From positions 288,001 to 352,000 of the forward strand of contig CBDDDZ010000004.1 in NCBI GenBank assembly GCA_965226795.1: a stretch of DNA of 64,000 bases, read 5' to 3'. Shown here in pieces: positions 38,917 through 48,882 of this stretch; the first letter of the stretch is position 1, and each line of letters opens with the position of its first letter. Both the position numbers and the translations under genes were made by a program. The notes under the pieces are model-generated. The model made no database searches, had not been told where the DNA came from, and was given only the letters and a program-made list of their open reading frames with translations. The stretch is from Candidatus Latescibacterota bacterium. GTDB lineage: Bacteria > Latescibacterota > UBA2968 > GCA-2709665.

Positions 38917-40179
38917 TTAGCTTTCGTCCTCACCCGCCCCTGCTGTGGCTTCCTCGTATTCGGCGATCCATTTCTCGGCTTCTTCGTCGGCGTAGGTTCC
39001 GATGACCGCTCCGCTGTGTTCCGGAAGTTCGTAGGACGTCCTCTTGCCGATGTGCGGCGTCAACTTTTCTCGTAACACGGATGCCATTTCGTGGTACATC
39101 CCATCCAGAACGGACTCCACTTCCTCCAGCGTCAATCCGCCCGCGAAGATCGCCCCGCTCAGGTCGCTCTCTTCACCGATTGACTGCGTCACGCGCTGAG
39201 CAAAGGAATCGGGGTAGTCCACGTAACTCCTTACGCCTTGAAGCTGCGTCTCGGTGAGGTCCGCCCCCTGCAGATTCGCTCCAACAATAAAAGCGCCTTG
39301 CAGATGCGTCCGGGAAAGTGCGGCGCCGCGCAACATCGACCGGGCAAGGTCGGCCCCCTGCAGATTCGCCCTGGAAAGGATCGCGGCGTCGAGCCGCGCG
39401 CCGACAAGATCCGCGCCCTGGAGCCTCGCCCATGAAAGACCGGCCACCTGCAGATGCGCCCATGACAGGTCAGCGCCCTGGAGTTGCGCGCCGACAAGAT
39501 CCGCGCCCTGAAGCCTCGCCTCCGAAAGATTGGCGCCGCAAAGGTACGCGGCACAGAGCGTCGCCCCGTTCAACCAGCTTCCCTGCAGGTCGATGCGAAG
39601 GCCTTTGCAGATCCCGTCAGACGAGGCAAACAGCAGGTTCAGCAGGCTCTGGACCTCCTCCGAAGGTTTCGACCTGTGCCTTCTACGATACGTGTCCTGG
39701 GCCGTAGTGCGTCGGATATGCGCGCAGAGAATGTCCAGCACCGGCTGGCGCAGCGCGCCGGTATCCTGGGCGAGATGGAAAAGTTCGTAGGCTCCGCCCA
39801 GGCGCACGGCCACCGAGTCGTGTCCAAGGTGTTCGACGCCGTTATGCAGGCGTTCATGCCGCCGCCCCAGTTCGGCGTCGCGGCTGGCTCGCGCCTGCTC
39901 CTTTGCGGCCGTGGCCTGCTCGCCCGCCGCGTCGGCCTGCGCTTTCGCGACCTCTTCCATTTCTCTGGCGCGCTTGTAGAACATCAAGGCGTTCAGGGCA
40001 ACCAGGATACCCGCAGCGCCGATTCCCAGGAATTTAAGCGTTTCGGATTTCTGGTATAGACCCAGAAGCGCGGATATATTCAGCCCGGCGACAGGGACAA
40101 ACAGGAGGGCCAGAAACGCACCGAACGCCAGGACGAGCAGGGCGATAAGTACAATCTGCAAGATCAAAAAGAGATTCAT
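38917..40179 (-). CDS. Pentapeptide-repeat membrane protein
   Basis: Two N-terminal TMs, VRLGGAYEL, ILCAHIR, long A(D/N)LxxAxLQG repeats. Confidence 0.88.
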   Translation of the reverse strand: MNLFLILQIVLIALLVLAFGAFLALLFVPVAGLNISALLGLYQKSETLKFLGIGAAGILVALNALMFYKRAREMEEVAKAQADAAGEQATAAKEQARASRDAELGRRHERLHNGVEHLGHDSVAVRLGGAYELFHLAQDTGALRQPVLDILCAHIRRTTAQDTYRRRHRSKPSEEVQSLLNLLFASSDGICKGLRIDLQGSWLNGATLCAAYLCGANLSEARLQGADLVGAQLQGADLSWAHLQVAGLSWARLQGADLVGARLDAAILSRANLQGADLARSMLRGAALSRTHLQGAFIVGANLQGADLTETQLQGVRSYVDYPDSFAQRVTQSIGEESDLSGAIFAGGLTLEEVESVLDGMYHEMASVLREKLTPHIGKRTSYELPEHSGAVIGTYADEEAEKWIAEYEEATAGAGEDES

Positions 40180-40497
40180 CGGGTCCTCCGGTTAAGTGGC
40201 AAAGTTCACAATCAAGGTTCGATAGCCGATCCAATACTACAAGTCAAAGTTCGCCCAATATAGGGCGATATAGACGCTGAATCCAAAAACCCCGCGACAT
40301 CATGTCTCTATCAAACCCAACAGGAGAAGGCCACGCTTCACTTGCTAGGGACAAAAAGCGCCCATTAACCAATACTGATTGAACGACGAAAAGACCTACC
40401 TTACTCTTCCTTGACGTTTTCCCGCATGCTCCTGTAGGTTCGAATGTGATCTTGTTTCGTATAGCTTGGCCTGTGTGCATTCAGGAATATCCGCCAG

Positions 40498-41343
40498 TTA
40501 TGGCTTGGCCGCCTCGTTTTCCTGACTTTCTCTATCCCACCAATAAAGCCTGTCAGAAACGGGAGGATTTGAACGGCGGTGTTCGAAAATTTCGTCCTGA
40601 ATACTCCTAATATCCTGTGGTGTTGGAAGTGTTTTTTCAGAAAAGTTCGACAGAATCCGATGTATTCTATCGGCACGCTCGATCGCCTCGACCTGATTCC
40701 TTTTTTCATTCCATACCCACGCGAAGACGCGAATATTCGCTGCGAAGATGGACAGGGCCTTTGCAAATGAGATTCCAGTTATCACGAACAGAAAAAAGAC
40801 AAAGGTCAGAAAAATCCAATTGCCCAACATCAAATACTTACTCCACCTGCGACGCAGATTCTCATCCCACCAGACATTCATTCGCTGACAATGAATCTTA
40901 GAAAGAATCGGATCGTCAGGTATTGAGTTTGGTGTATACCAGTCTTGTAGTTGCATGGACAATTCAGGCTTGCTTTCGGCCTTAGCGAAAAGCTGTTTGA
41001 CTCGGTCAGGGGTAGGCCGTTGAATACCCTTTTGTGTTGGCCACGGTAGATCAAGTACAAAGCAATCGAAGTCTTCCTGAATTATAGCCGCCTCGGTCTT
41101 ATGCGTGCTCTCCTTCCTCTTAAGAATCTGCTGATCAAGAAACCAAGCAATGAGAACTATTAGAGGTACGAGTTGGTTAAATGTCTGGTTCTCCAAGACA
41201 GAAGACGCGAGACCCAAGAGCGCTATTACTACGATTATCGCTATGCCAGCCTTACGAATTCGCTTGGCCTGACCATACAGTAAGCGCTTCGCAGCCAGTT
41301 TCCTTAGAGATTGTTGCTGGTTCTGTCGTTCTTGAATACTCAT
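40498..41343 (-). CDS. S-4TM (SMODS-associated 4TM) putative pore-forming effector
   Basis: MSIQERQN..LAAKRLLYGQAK, AAIIQEDFDCFVLDLPW, LQDWY, CQRMNVWWD..LRR, IQDEIFEHRR..PPV; ATGA overlap with the NTase stop. Confidence 0.82.
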   Translation of the reverse strand: MSIQERQNQQQSLRKLAAKRLLYGQAKRIRKAGIAIIVVIALLGLASSVLENQTFNQLVPLIVLIAWFLDQQILKRKESTHKTEAAIIQEDFDCFVLDLPWPTQKGIQRPTPDRVKQLFAKAESKPELSMQLQDWYTPNSIPDDPILSKIHCQRMNVWWDENLRRRWSKYLMLGNWIFLTFVFFLFVITGISFAKALSIFAANIRVFAWVWNEKRNQVEAIERADRIHRILSNFSEKTLPTPQDIRSIQDEIFEHRRSNPPVSDRLYWWDRESQENEAAKP

Positions 41344-42208
41344 TTGTAGTAACTTGGAAACCGGTAAGCGAAGAGTTTGTCCCACCAATAGAATGCATTT
41401 TTGATATCGCCGCAATCTTCTGCTTCTCGTGCCTTGGTTGTTCGGAATAGCGCAGTTGCGACCCTTGACTTTGCATTCGCTAAATCAGAATCAGATTTAC
41501 ACGGTGATATTAAACCTGAAATTCCCATTGGGTCACGGATCTGCGCCAAGTCTAAACTGTCGAGCAGCGCGGAAACACGTTCGACGTCGATCGAGTATAT
41601 TATCGAAGACTCCTCCGACGTGTATTTCGTAACTCGAAGTTCAAGATAAAACGAGGATATACGCACATTCTGATAGTATTTCCATGCTTTAATGAAGCGA
41701 ATTAACGGCTTCACTTTATACGATAGCTTACCATCGACCGATCGCACGTAGTCGTTGTGGGCATCGGGGCTTGCCTCCATCCATTGGAACAGTCTGGAAT
41801 CTCGTAAATATCAAATCCGTTCCCAGTACGTGAATAGTCAGCAGGTGTCACCTCGGTGGTCTCCTTCGCATCGGTCCCGAAGGGAACCACCACAGCCGGA
41901 CAGGAAGTTCGAACCCTCGTATTTGGAAATCGTGTCGCAAAAGCATTCTGTAGCTTCGATAACGAGCTAGACGAATTTTGCTTAAGATTTTTTCCTGGGA
42001 TGCTGGCCATGTAGTCAACGTCACTATAACCCGAGATGGATGTACCGTTTCCGAATGATCCCGTGCGCCAAAACCGTAGGAGTCCGAAATTCGATCTGAT
42101 ACATTGTTCAATAGACGCACGATGTCGTTTCGCTGCATCCGATTCGAAGTCTGATGGAGTTAGGTTCCGAACAAAGTCGCGAAATCCTTCGTCGATTGTT
42201 CGCGGCAT
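41340..42208 (-). pseudogene. SMODS/CD-NTase-family nucleotidyltransferase, frameshift near 41780
   Basis: GSFGNGTSISGYSDVDY, EVTPAD, then SPDAHN..VKPLIRFIKAWKYY..ISSFYLEL, DPMG in a shifted frame. Confidence 0.82.
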
Positions 42209-42373
42209 GGCTTTTCCTCAATCAGGTCAATTTCAAAGATTCGTGAAACGAGGTGCGCGTGAACACTATGGTTGCTGTTGGGCCGTAGGAGAAATTACAA
42301 TATACCCAAAGCAAAACTTGGTTCGATCTTTAAGCGGCTTATGCCGAACACCACATTTCCCCTCCTCTTGGAA

Positions 42374-42889
42374 TTACGTTGACAACAAATCACGGAAACT
42401 GGTTAGCCTGGACCTGAAGCGGTGTTTCGTCCCCCACTCGATCAGAGGCCGATCGGCTTCATCAAGGGTCAAGTGATCGGTCTGGATCAATTTCAACACC
42501 AGGTCTTCTGTCTGACAGAGTTCAAGGTCGTTGTCCAGGCGGCGGCCTTCATGCCGTGCCCTCTGATCCTGAAGTCCGGCGATCCAGCGCCGCCTGCTAG
42601 CAACCGCCAGGACGGCGCATTCGCCTGCTCCCAGCCGCCCACCTGCCCGAAGATGGACATATAACGCAACTTCCTCGGAATCCTGAACGCTTTGTAAGTC
42701 AAATATGCCCGAGGCCACGGCATCTTCGACCGCTTCCCTGTGCTCGGGACGCCGTACTTCATAGAAAACCTGGTCCGGCAGGACGATCGATGATCCAATA
42801 TTTCCAAGTAACTGAATACGACCGATTTTTACGAAGTTCAGTAGAACCGAGGCATCGAGCACAATTGGCTTTGGGCTATTCGGTCGCAC
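42374..42889 (-). CDS. PIN-domain protein (putative toxin)
   Basis: IVLDASVLLNF, V..EV, LGAGECAVLA, QDQRAR. Confidence 0.78.
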   Translation of the reverse strand: MRPNSPKPIVLDASVLLNFVKIGRIQLLGNIGSSIVLPDQVFYEVRRPEHREAVEDAVASGIFDLQSVQDSEEVALYVHLRAGGRLGAGECAVLAVASRRRWIAGLQDQRARHEGRRLDNDLELCQTEDLVLKLIQTDHLTLDEADRPLIEWGTKHRFRSRLTSFRDLLST

Positions 42890-42899
42890 TCAGCAAGCC

Positions 42900-44078
42900 T
42901 CAATCAGCCAATTCCAGGATGGTCTCGTCTTCGATTTCCAGGAGGCGGCCCACTTCGAGCAGGCGGTCCCTTGAAATCTCACCGCGCCACCAGGCTTCCA
43001 GCGCCAGAGACAGAATCTGCCAATCCAGTTCGTGGTCCGAATTCGATCTTTCTTCGAGACCTTCTGTGCCCGAAATCGCTTTCACTGAACGCAGGTATCG
43101 ATTGGCTTCTTCAGTCTGATCCAAAAGCGTTTGGGTCTGTTCCTGGCTGACGAGGTTCAGGCCGCGAAGCCGCCACACCGCCGCCGCGTAACTTACCTCA
43201 AAATGCCATGCCAGAAGTGCCACGTCTGCGTAGGTTATATTTCGTGGCCGCGCAGGGCTGTTCAACTGGCCGCGTATACCCCGTCCCTTACCCAGGCTGT
43301 GTAAATATTCGCGCACACCCTCTTCCGGCAATAGGAAGGCGGCGGCGAACGCGTTTGCCCGTTGTTCGGTTTTCAACCCTACATTGTGGGCGCCGGTGAC
43401 AGTAGCTTGCTTGTCCCGGTCCATCAGAGCATGACCATGTTCATGGGCGTACGAAAACCGTCGACGAACCACCGATTGGGTGAGGTTGGCCAGAATTGCC
43501 AGGCCAAAGTCGGGGCTGCTCAAGAAGAGACCCGAGATTTCGTCGGGCAACGGAAGTGCGGCCGTCCAGATATTCTGTTGGGCAAGGGTCTCAGGCACTT
43601 TGACCGGCACATTTCCCAAATTGAGTCGGCGGCGCTCCTGTTCGGCCACCTGTTGGCCCTGCGCGATGGCCTGTCCCACCGAGTCGGGAGAGGAAAGCTC
43701 ATATCGAGGCAAGGACGCAGTCGCCCCTCGACCCGCCAGTCGTCTAAGAGTGGCCCCTTCTCTCAGCAAGCTAAGGCAACGGGAAGCTTGTTGCTGCACG
43801 ACGTCACCCTGCAGGCCGGGCTCGGCGCGAAAGAGGGTGACGACCGGATCTTCCTGTTGGACGGAGAAATCCCGGTTTACGAACCAACCCATCGACCGAC
43901 CATATAGATCTGCAAGACGGGTCAGTTCGAGCGTTGAGACCTGACGTTGCCCGGATTCCATGAGGCTTATTGCCGATCTCTGCAGCCCCAGCGCCGCCCC
44001 GGCGGTTTCCTGGGTGATATGACGGCTTTCGCGCGCCATTCGTAATCGTCGACCGATCTCTTCGGGGGTAATGGCCAT
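42900..44078 (-). CDS. XRE-HTH + ImmA/IrrE zinc metallopeptidase fusion
   Basis: N-terminal HTH (IGRRLRMARE..TQE..ISLMESGQR); RRRFSYAHEHGH; ANAFAAAFLLP; FEVSYAAAVWRL. Confidence 0.9.
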   Translation of the reverse strand: MAITPEEIGRRLRMARESRHITQETAGAALGLQRSAISLMESGQRQVSTLELTRLADLYGRSMGWFVNRDFSVQQEDPVVTLFRAEPGLQGDVVQQQASRCLSLLREGATLRRLAGRGATASLPRYELSSPDSVGQAIAQGQQVAEQERRRLNLGNVPVKVPETLAQQNIWTAALPLPDEISGLFLSSPDFGLAILANLTQSVVRRRFSYAHEHGHALMDRDKQATVTGAHNVGLKTEQRANAFAAAFLLPEEGVREYLHSLGKGRGIRGQLNSPARPRNITYADVALLAWHFEVSYAAAVWRLRGLNLVSQEQTQTLLDQTEEANRYLRSVKAISGTEGLEERSNSDHELDWQILSLALEAWWRGEISRDRLLEVGRLLEIEDETILELAD

Positions 44079-44290
44079 GTCGCACCTCCGAGTTAGTGGG
44101 GTTCCTCGGCGTCAACTCAGTCGAATGCTCGGGTCGAAACCACGTGCGTAGCACACAACCTGATTTTAATTTAGATATTCGAACTCTATTTGTCAAGTTT
44201 TAAGATAACTGTTTGAATATCGAAACTTTTCTTGCGCCCTGCTCCCTCCACGCAGCCGAGATTTGCACGGCATCCTTTCGGCGGCCGATT

Positions 44291-46894
44291 TCACGCCAAC
44301 AGGTCGTCCCGGCCCAACTCCGTTGCCGGTGTCCGGCTGGCGCGTGCAGCCGGATAGAGGCTTGCCAGCACGGCCGCGCCGAGTATGGCGGCCGCCTGCT
44401 GAAGGATTGGTTTCCAGGGCCAGTATACCTGAATGGTCCACCCGAAATACGCCCTGTTAATCTCGAAAACCAGGATCCCCGCCAACAGCACGCCCCCCAG
44501 GAGTCCCAACCCCAACCCCATCAATCCGAAACCTATGCCCTGACCCATAAACACTCGGAAGACCTGCGTGCGCTTCGCGCCGATTGCGCGGTACAACGCC
44601 AACTCGGAAACCTGTTCCCGGACCATTACAAGCAGCATCAGCGATATCCCGCAAACGGCAATCAGCAGACTCATCCCCTGCAGAATCCGTGTTACCAGAA
44701 ACGTCTGATCGAAAATCCGGATCACCTCGTCTCTAAGCCGGCGATTGCTGCGTATCTGAAGGGGCGCCTCCGAAAACCGCGCTTTCAGACTGTCTATGAC
44801 GGTCTCACCGTCCCAACCTGGCTTCAGAAAAAGCGCAGCGCCGTTGACCGGTCCGGGGCCGAAAAAGGTCTCCATTGTCTTCAGATCCATAACGACCGCG
44901 CCGCCGCCGGTATGGTAGTCATAGTACACGGCTGCCACGGGAAACCGGATCTCGCCCTCCGGCCCGGAAACAGGGACTTCGTCGCCGGTCCACCTATTGA
45001 CCGCCCGGGCCAGCGTTTCCCCGACAAACACCGCTCCCTCCTCCCGCACCCGCCGGTACGCCTCATCCGCGTTCCCATCCAGCAGCGGAAAACGCGTCTC
45101 GCCGCCTGGAAGCGCCATATCCACGCCGGCGAGTCCGATCTGACGGTCGCCGGACCAGGCGGGGAACCCGCGGAGGCGGTCCACCGCCGCCACTCCCGGA
45201 TGAACGGTCAACGCCTCGATCAATTCATCCTCCAGGACACCCTCGGCTCCCCGTCCGCGCCATGAAACGGGCGAAATATACACATCCGCCCGGATCGACG
45301 CATCGATCCACACCTCCAGCGTCCGCCGGAAACTCCCGATCATCAGCGTTATGCCCACCAGCATGCTGACCGCAATGGCCAAAGACGCCACGGCGAAAGA
45401 CGTCGTGCGAATCCGAACGCCCAGACTCTTCAGACTGTACCCCAGCCCGAATCCTCTCACCCGCACGCTCCCGCAAACCTGCCGGATTGTGAATGGCGCG
45501 AATAAAGGCAGCCCGATCAGGAGCGCCACACAAAGCACGAACCCAGCGTGTTTCCATTCCCTCCCCCACACCAGGTACCAGATTCCAACCGCCGCAAGAA
45601 TGCCCATACCCGCTGAAAGGAGCCGTAGTGCCAGCGAACCCGTCCGTTCCTGAAGCGGGAGCACCGAAAGCAAAGCGCGGGTATCCCGCCGGCTCATATC
45701 CAACGCCGGCGCCAGGGCGCCCGCCAGGGCGCCACCCATTCCAATCGCCACACCCAACCCGTAAAGCCACCGCGGCAACGCAAGGGACGAGATCTCCTCC
45801 AGCAGGTAGAGATTGGTGAGCGTTGCGCTCACGACCTCGAGGTTCGCCTCAGCGGCCCAGTAACCCAACGGCAGCCCGAGCAGCACGCCCAGCGCGCCCA
45901 GAAGCGCCACCTCCCCCAGTATCAACCCGAGGACCTGAGCCCGCGTGGCGCCCAGAGAACGCAGGAGCCCGAACTCCGCCCGCCGCCGTTCCAACCCGGC
46001 CTGCGTGCTGCTGTAGACCAGGAAGAGCCCCACGAACAGGCTGATGAGACTCATCGCGGTGAGATTCAGTCGAAACGCCGAAAGCAACCCCACTGCCTGC
46101 CGGGACCGCTGCCCCGGCGTTGCCACACGCACTCCGGGGCCAAGCCGTGTCTGCAATCGTCTCCTGACACCCTCGGCGCTGGCGCCCAGGGTCGTGCGCA
46201 CGTCAATCTGGTGAAGCTCACCGCGCCGCCCCAGCAACGCCTGCGCCTGCGCGATATCCATCACCACGAGTTTCCGGCTGGCCAGCGGGCTCAATTCCTG
46301 GAAGTCCACCAGCGCCCCCACGCGCAACCGCGCGCGTCGAACCCCGCTGTGGACTTCGAACGTATCGCCCACGGCCCAACCGAACCGCGCCGCCAGGGCC
46401 GGCGTTACCGCACTCCATCCGTCTCCCGCAAGCGCCGCCGGGATATCGCCGGGGCCGCCCCGCCACGGGATCCGCATCGGCGTGAAAAAGTCGACCCCCA
46501 ACACCTCCAGGAAAAACCTGTCCCGATCCGCCAGCGCAACGTCCACACGATAGAGCGGCCAGGCCGCCGCCACCCCCTCCACGGCCAGCACGTCGGCATA
46601 CAAATGCTCGGAGAACGCCGGCGTTCTTCCCAGCACACTTAAATCGGCCTGCCCGCTAACCGCCCGCACGGTCCCCTCAAACGCTGCCAGCGCGTTGTAA
46701 TTGACAATCTGAATGGAGAGTACCGACGCAACGCCCAGCGCCACGCCGAATACCGTCAGAAAATAAAGGCTGCCCCCCGCGCGAAGTTGGGCGCCCAGCG
46801 AATTTGCGAAGTAGCGGACCAAAAGACCTGCCCCGATCTCCTGTGAAAAAAAATTGGCCGCCGTACCCGACTCCCGCGGCCCGGAGCGGGTCAC
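44291..46894 (-). CDS. FtsX-like ABC transporter permease (AttF/G-like)
   Basis: Two MacB/FtsX halves: GVALGVA, RRRAEFGLLRSLGA, ELALYRAIGA; INRAYFGWTI. Confidence 0.9.
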   Translation of the reverse strand: MTRSGPRESGTAANFFSQEIGAGLLVRYFANSLGAQLRAGGSLYFLTVFGVALGVASVLSIQIVNYNALAAFEGTVRAVSGQADLSVLGRTPAFSEHLYADVLAVEGVAAAWPLYRVDVALADRDRFFLEVLGVDFFTPMRIPWRGGPGDIPAALAGDGWSAVTPALAARFGWAVGDTFEVHSGVRRARLRVGALVDFQELSPLASRKLVVMDIAQAQALLGRRGELHQIDVRTTLGASAEGVRRRLQTRLGPGVRVATPGQRSRQAVGLLSAFRLNLTAMSLISLFVGLFLVYSSTQAGLERRRAEFGLLRSLGATRAQVLGLILGEVALLGALGVLLGLPLGYWAAEANLEVVSATLTNLYLLEEISSLALPRWLYGLGVAIGMGGALAGALAPALDMSRRDTRALLSVLPLQERTGSLALRLLSAGMGILAAVGIWYLVWGREWKHAGFVLCVALLIGLPLFAPFTIRQVCGSVRVRGFGLGYSLKSLGVRIRTTSFAVASLAIAVSMLVGITLMIGSFRRTLEVWIDASIRADVYISPVSWRGRGAEGVLEDELIEALTVHPGVAAVDRLRGFPAWSGDRQIGLAGVDMALPGGETRFPLLDGNADEAYRRVREEGAVFVGETLARAVNRWTGDEVPVSGPEGEIRFPVAAVYYDYHTGGGAVVMDLKTMETFFGPGPVNGAALFLKPGWDGETVIDSLKARFSEAPLQIRSNRRLRDEVIRIFDQTFLVTRILQGMSLLIAVCGISLMLLVMVREQVSELALYRAIGAKRTQVFRVFMGQGIGFGLMGLGLGLLGGVLLAGILVFEINRAYFGWTIQVYWPWKPILQQAAAILGAAVLASLYPAARASRTPATELGRDDLLA

Positions 46895-47607
46895 GCGCGG
46901 GCGTTAGGCACGGGCGGAAGGCTCATCTCTCCGCTGTGCAGTTCCCAAACCTCATCGGCCAGCGAGGCGAATTCCCGGCTGTGGGTTACATATACCAGCG
47001 TCGCCCCCTCACTCTCAACCAGGTCCATCATCAGGTTCATCACCCGCCGCCCGTTCTCGTCGTCCAGGTTACCCGTCGGTTCATCCGCCAGCAACAAACC
47101 GGGCCGACGCAATAGCGCCCGGCATATTGCCACCCGCTGCTGTTCGCCGCCCGACAGCTTCTGCACCGGATCCCCCGCACGATCGGCCAGTTCCACGCGC
47201 TCCAGAAGCTCCCGAACCCGCGGGCGATAAATCCGCGGCTTCTCCCCCGCGATCATCGCCGGCAGCGCGACGTTATCCGCAACCGGCAGGTGCGGCATCA
47301 GATAGAAAAATTGAAAAACGAGCCCGACCTCGTCCCTTCTCAGCATCGTTCGCGCTTCCTCCGACAGTGCGCCCAGGTCCCGATGGCCCACCCTCACCAC
47401 CCCGTCGGTGGGGACGTCAATGCCCGCCGCCAGATGCAACAGGGTGGACTTTCCGCTTCCGCTGCGCCCCACCACCGCCACCTTTCGGCCCGCATCGACG
47501 ACAAAAGACACGTCGCGCAGTGCATATCGCACGCCGTTGCCTGCATCGTAAGCTTTGGTAACCCTTTCAAACGAGAGCCCAGGCACCATGTCGAATTCAC
47601 CGTTCAT
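46891..47607 (-). CDS. ABC transporter ATP-binding protein (LolD/AttE-like)
   Basis: GRSGSGKST, LSGGEQQRVA, LADEPTGNLD, VTHS; start uncertain (47607 or 47589). Confidence 0.9.
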   Translation of the reverse strand: MNGEFDMVPGLSFERVTKAYDAGNGVRYALRDVSFVVDAGRKVAVVGRSGSGKSTLLHLAAGIDVPTDGVVRVGHRDLGALSEEARTMLRRDEVGLVFQFFYLMPHLPVADNVALPAMIAGEKPRIYRPRVRELLERVELADRAGDPVQKLSGGEQQRVAICRALLRRPGLLLADEPTGNLDDENGRRVMNLMMDLVESEGATLVYVTHSREFASLADEVWELHSGEMSLPPVPNARA

Positions 47608-47761
47608 CAAGACCGAACCTCGGAAAAGCGCGAAGAATCGCCGGTGCCGGACCACCGCCCCGGCTCGGACGCGCCAATGGATTGGAGTTGCGATCGGGGT
47701 TGTTTTCGCGTATCTATTTCAGCGCCGATCGCGATGCACGTCAACTCCAGGAGGCGTCCCG

Positions 47762-48820
47762 GTGTTTTCTTTCATCAGAAAAAAACATACCCTCACGGGT
47801 CTCGCGCGGACCTGCGGGTGAGCGGCCAAAGTCAGTCCGGTCGGACTGAAGAAACTTCTTGACCGCCTGCCTCAAAACGCCGATCCGAACCTGATGGTGG
47901 GATTTCAGACCGGCGACGACGCCGGCGTCTACCGAATGGACGATGAGACCGCCCTCGTGCTCACTGCGGACTTCATCACGCCCCCGGTGGACGATCCGTA
48001 CGTTTTCGGTCAAATTGGCGCGGCCAACGCCCTCAGCGACGTCTACGCCATGGGCGGACGGCCCATCGCGTGCCTGAACCTTATCGGATTTCCATCCCGG
48101 CGCCTGGCATCGGAGATCCTGGAGGGCATCGTCGAGGGCGCCCTCGGAAAAATCACCGAAGCCGGGGCAGTCCTGGCAGGCGGTCACACAACAGACGACG
48201 AGGAACCGAAATTCGGCCTGTCCGTCACCGGGGTCGTGCACCCCGATAAATACTGGCATAACGCCGGGGCACGTCCGGGCGATACGCTCATCCTGACCAA
48301 ACCCGTCGGCAGCGGCGTGCTGTTCAACGCCAACCTCAAAGGATGGGTCTCGGACGCGGCGCTGCAGGAATGCCTGAACACCACCGCCGCCCTCAACAAA
48401 ACCGCGGCTGAAGTCATGGACGGCTTCGACATTCACGCGGCTACGGACGTCACCGGCTTCGGACTGGCCGGCCACGCTCTCGAGATCGCCAGGAGTTCCG
48501 GGCTCACCCTGGAGATTAACGCCGCCGACGTGCCCATAATGTCTGAGGCCATTGACATGTACGAAAGAGGCATGAGCACCGGCTCGAATGCCGCCAACCG
48601 GGAACTCATTCGGGACGCCGCCCGTTTCGACGCGGCCCTTCCTGAACGACACGAAGAAATATTCGTCGATCCCCAGACCAGCGGCGGTCTCCTGGTCTCG
48701 GTCGCTCCCGATCAGTCTCGGAGTCTTTTGGCAGCCCTGCACGACGCCGGCGAGAGCCGGGCCCGCATCATCGGATCCGTGAGACCGCTGGATGACGATG
48801 CGCAGATCATCTTCACGTAG
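47762..48820 (+). CDS. selD: Selenide, water dikinase, selenoprotein form (Sec at codon 20, UGA 47819-47821)
   Basis: AGGAGG RBS, GTG start, ...LTGLARTCG(TGA)AAKVSP in frame with DDAGVY, DFITPPVDDP, ANALSDVYAMGG, GGHT, TDVTGFGLAGH, DPQTSGGLL. Confidence 0.93.
47832..47849 (+). promoter_or_regulatory. Putative bacterial SECIS hairpin
   Basis: TCAGTCC-GGTC-GGACTGA: 7-bp stem, G-initiated tetraloop beginning 18 nt after the UGA. Confidence 0.72.
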
Positions 48821-48882
48821 TCGAATGGCCCCACCCTCGTACGGACGGGGGGCACCCGCCGGTATGCCCGCCAGCGTGGCGC

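Noticed and set aside
34650..44250. Integron cassette array (many co-oriented accessory genes)
   Set aside because: No convincing attC (RYYYAAC...GTTRRRY) structures and no integron integrase.
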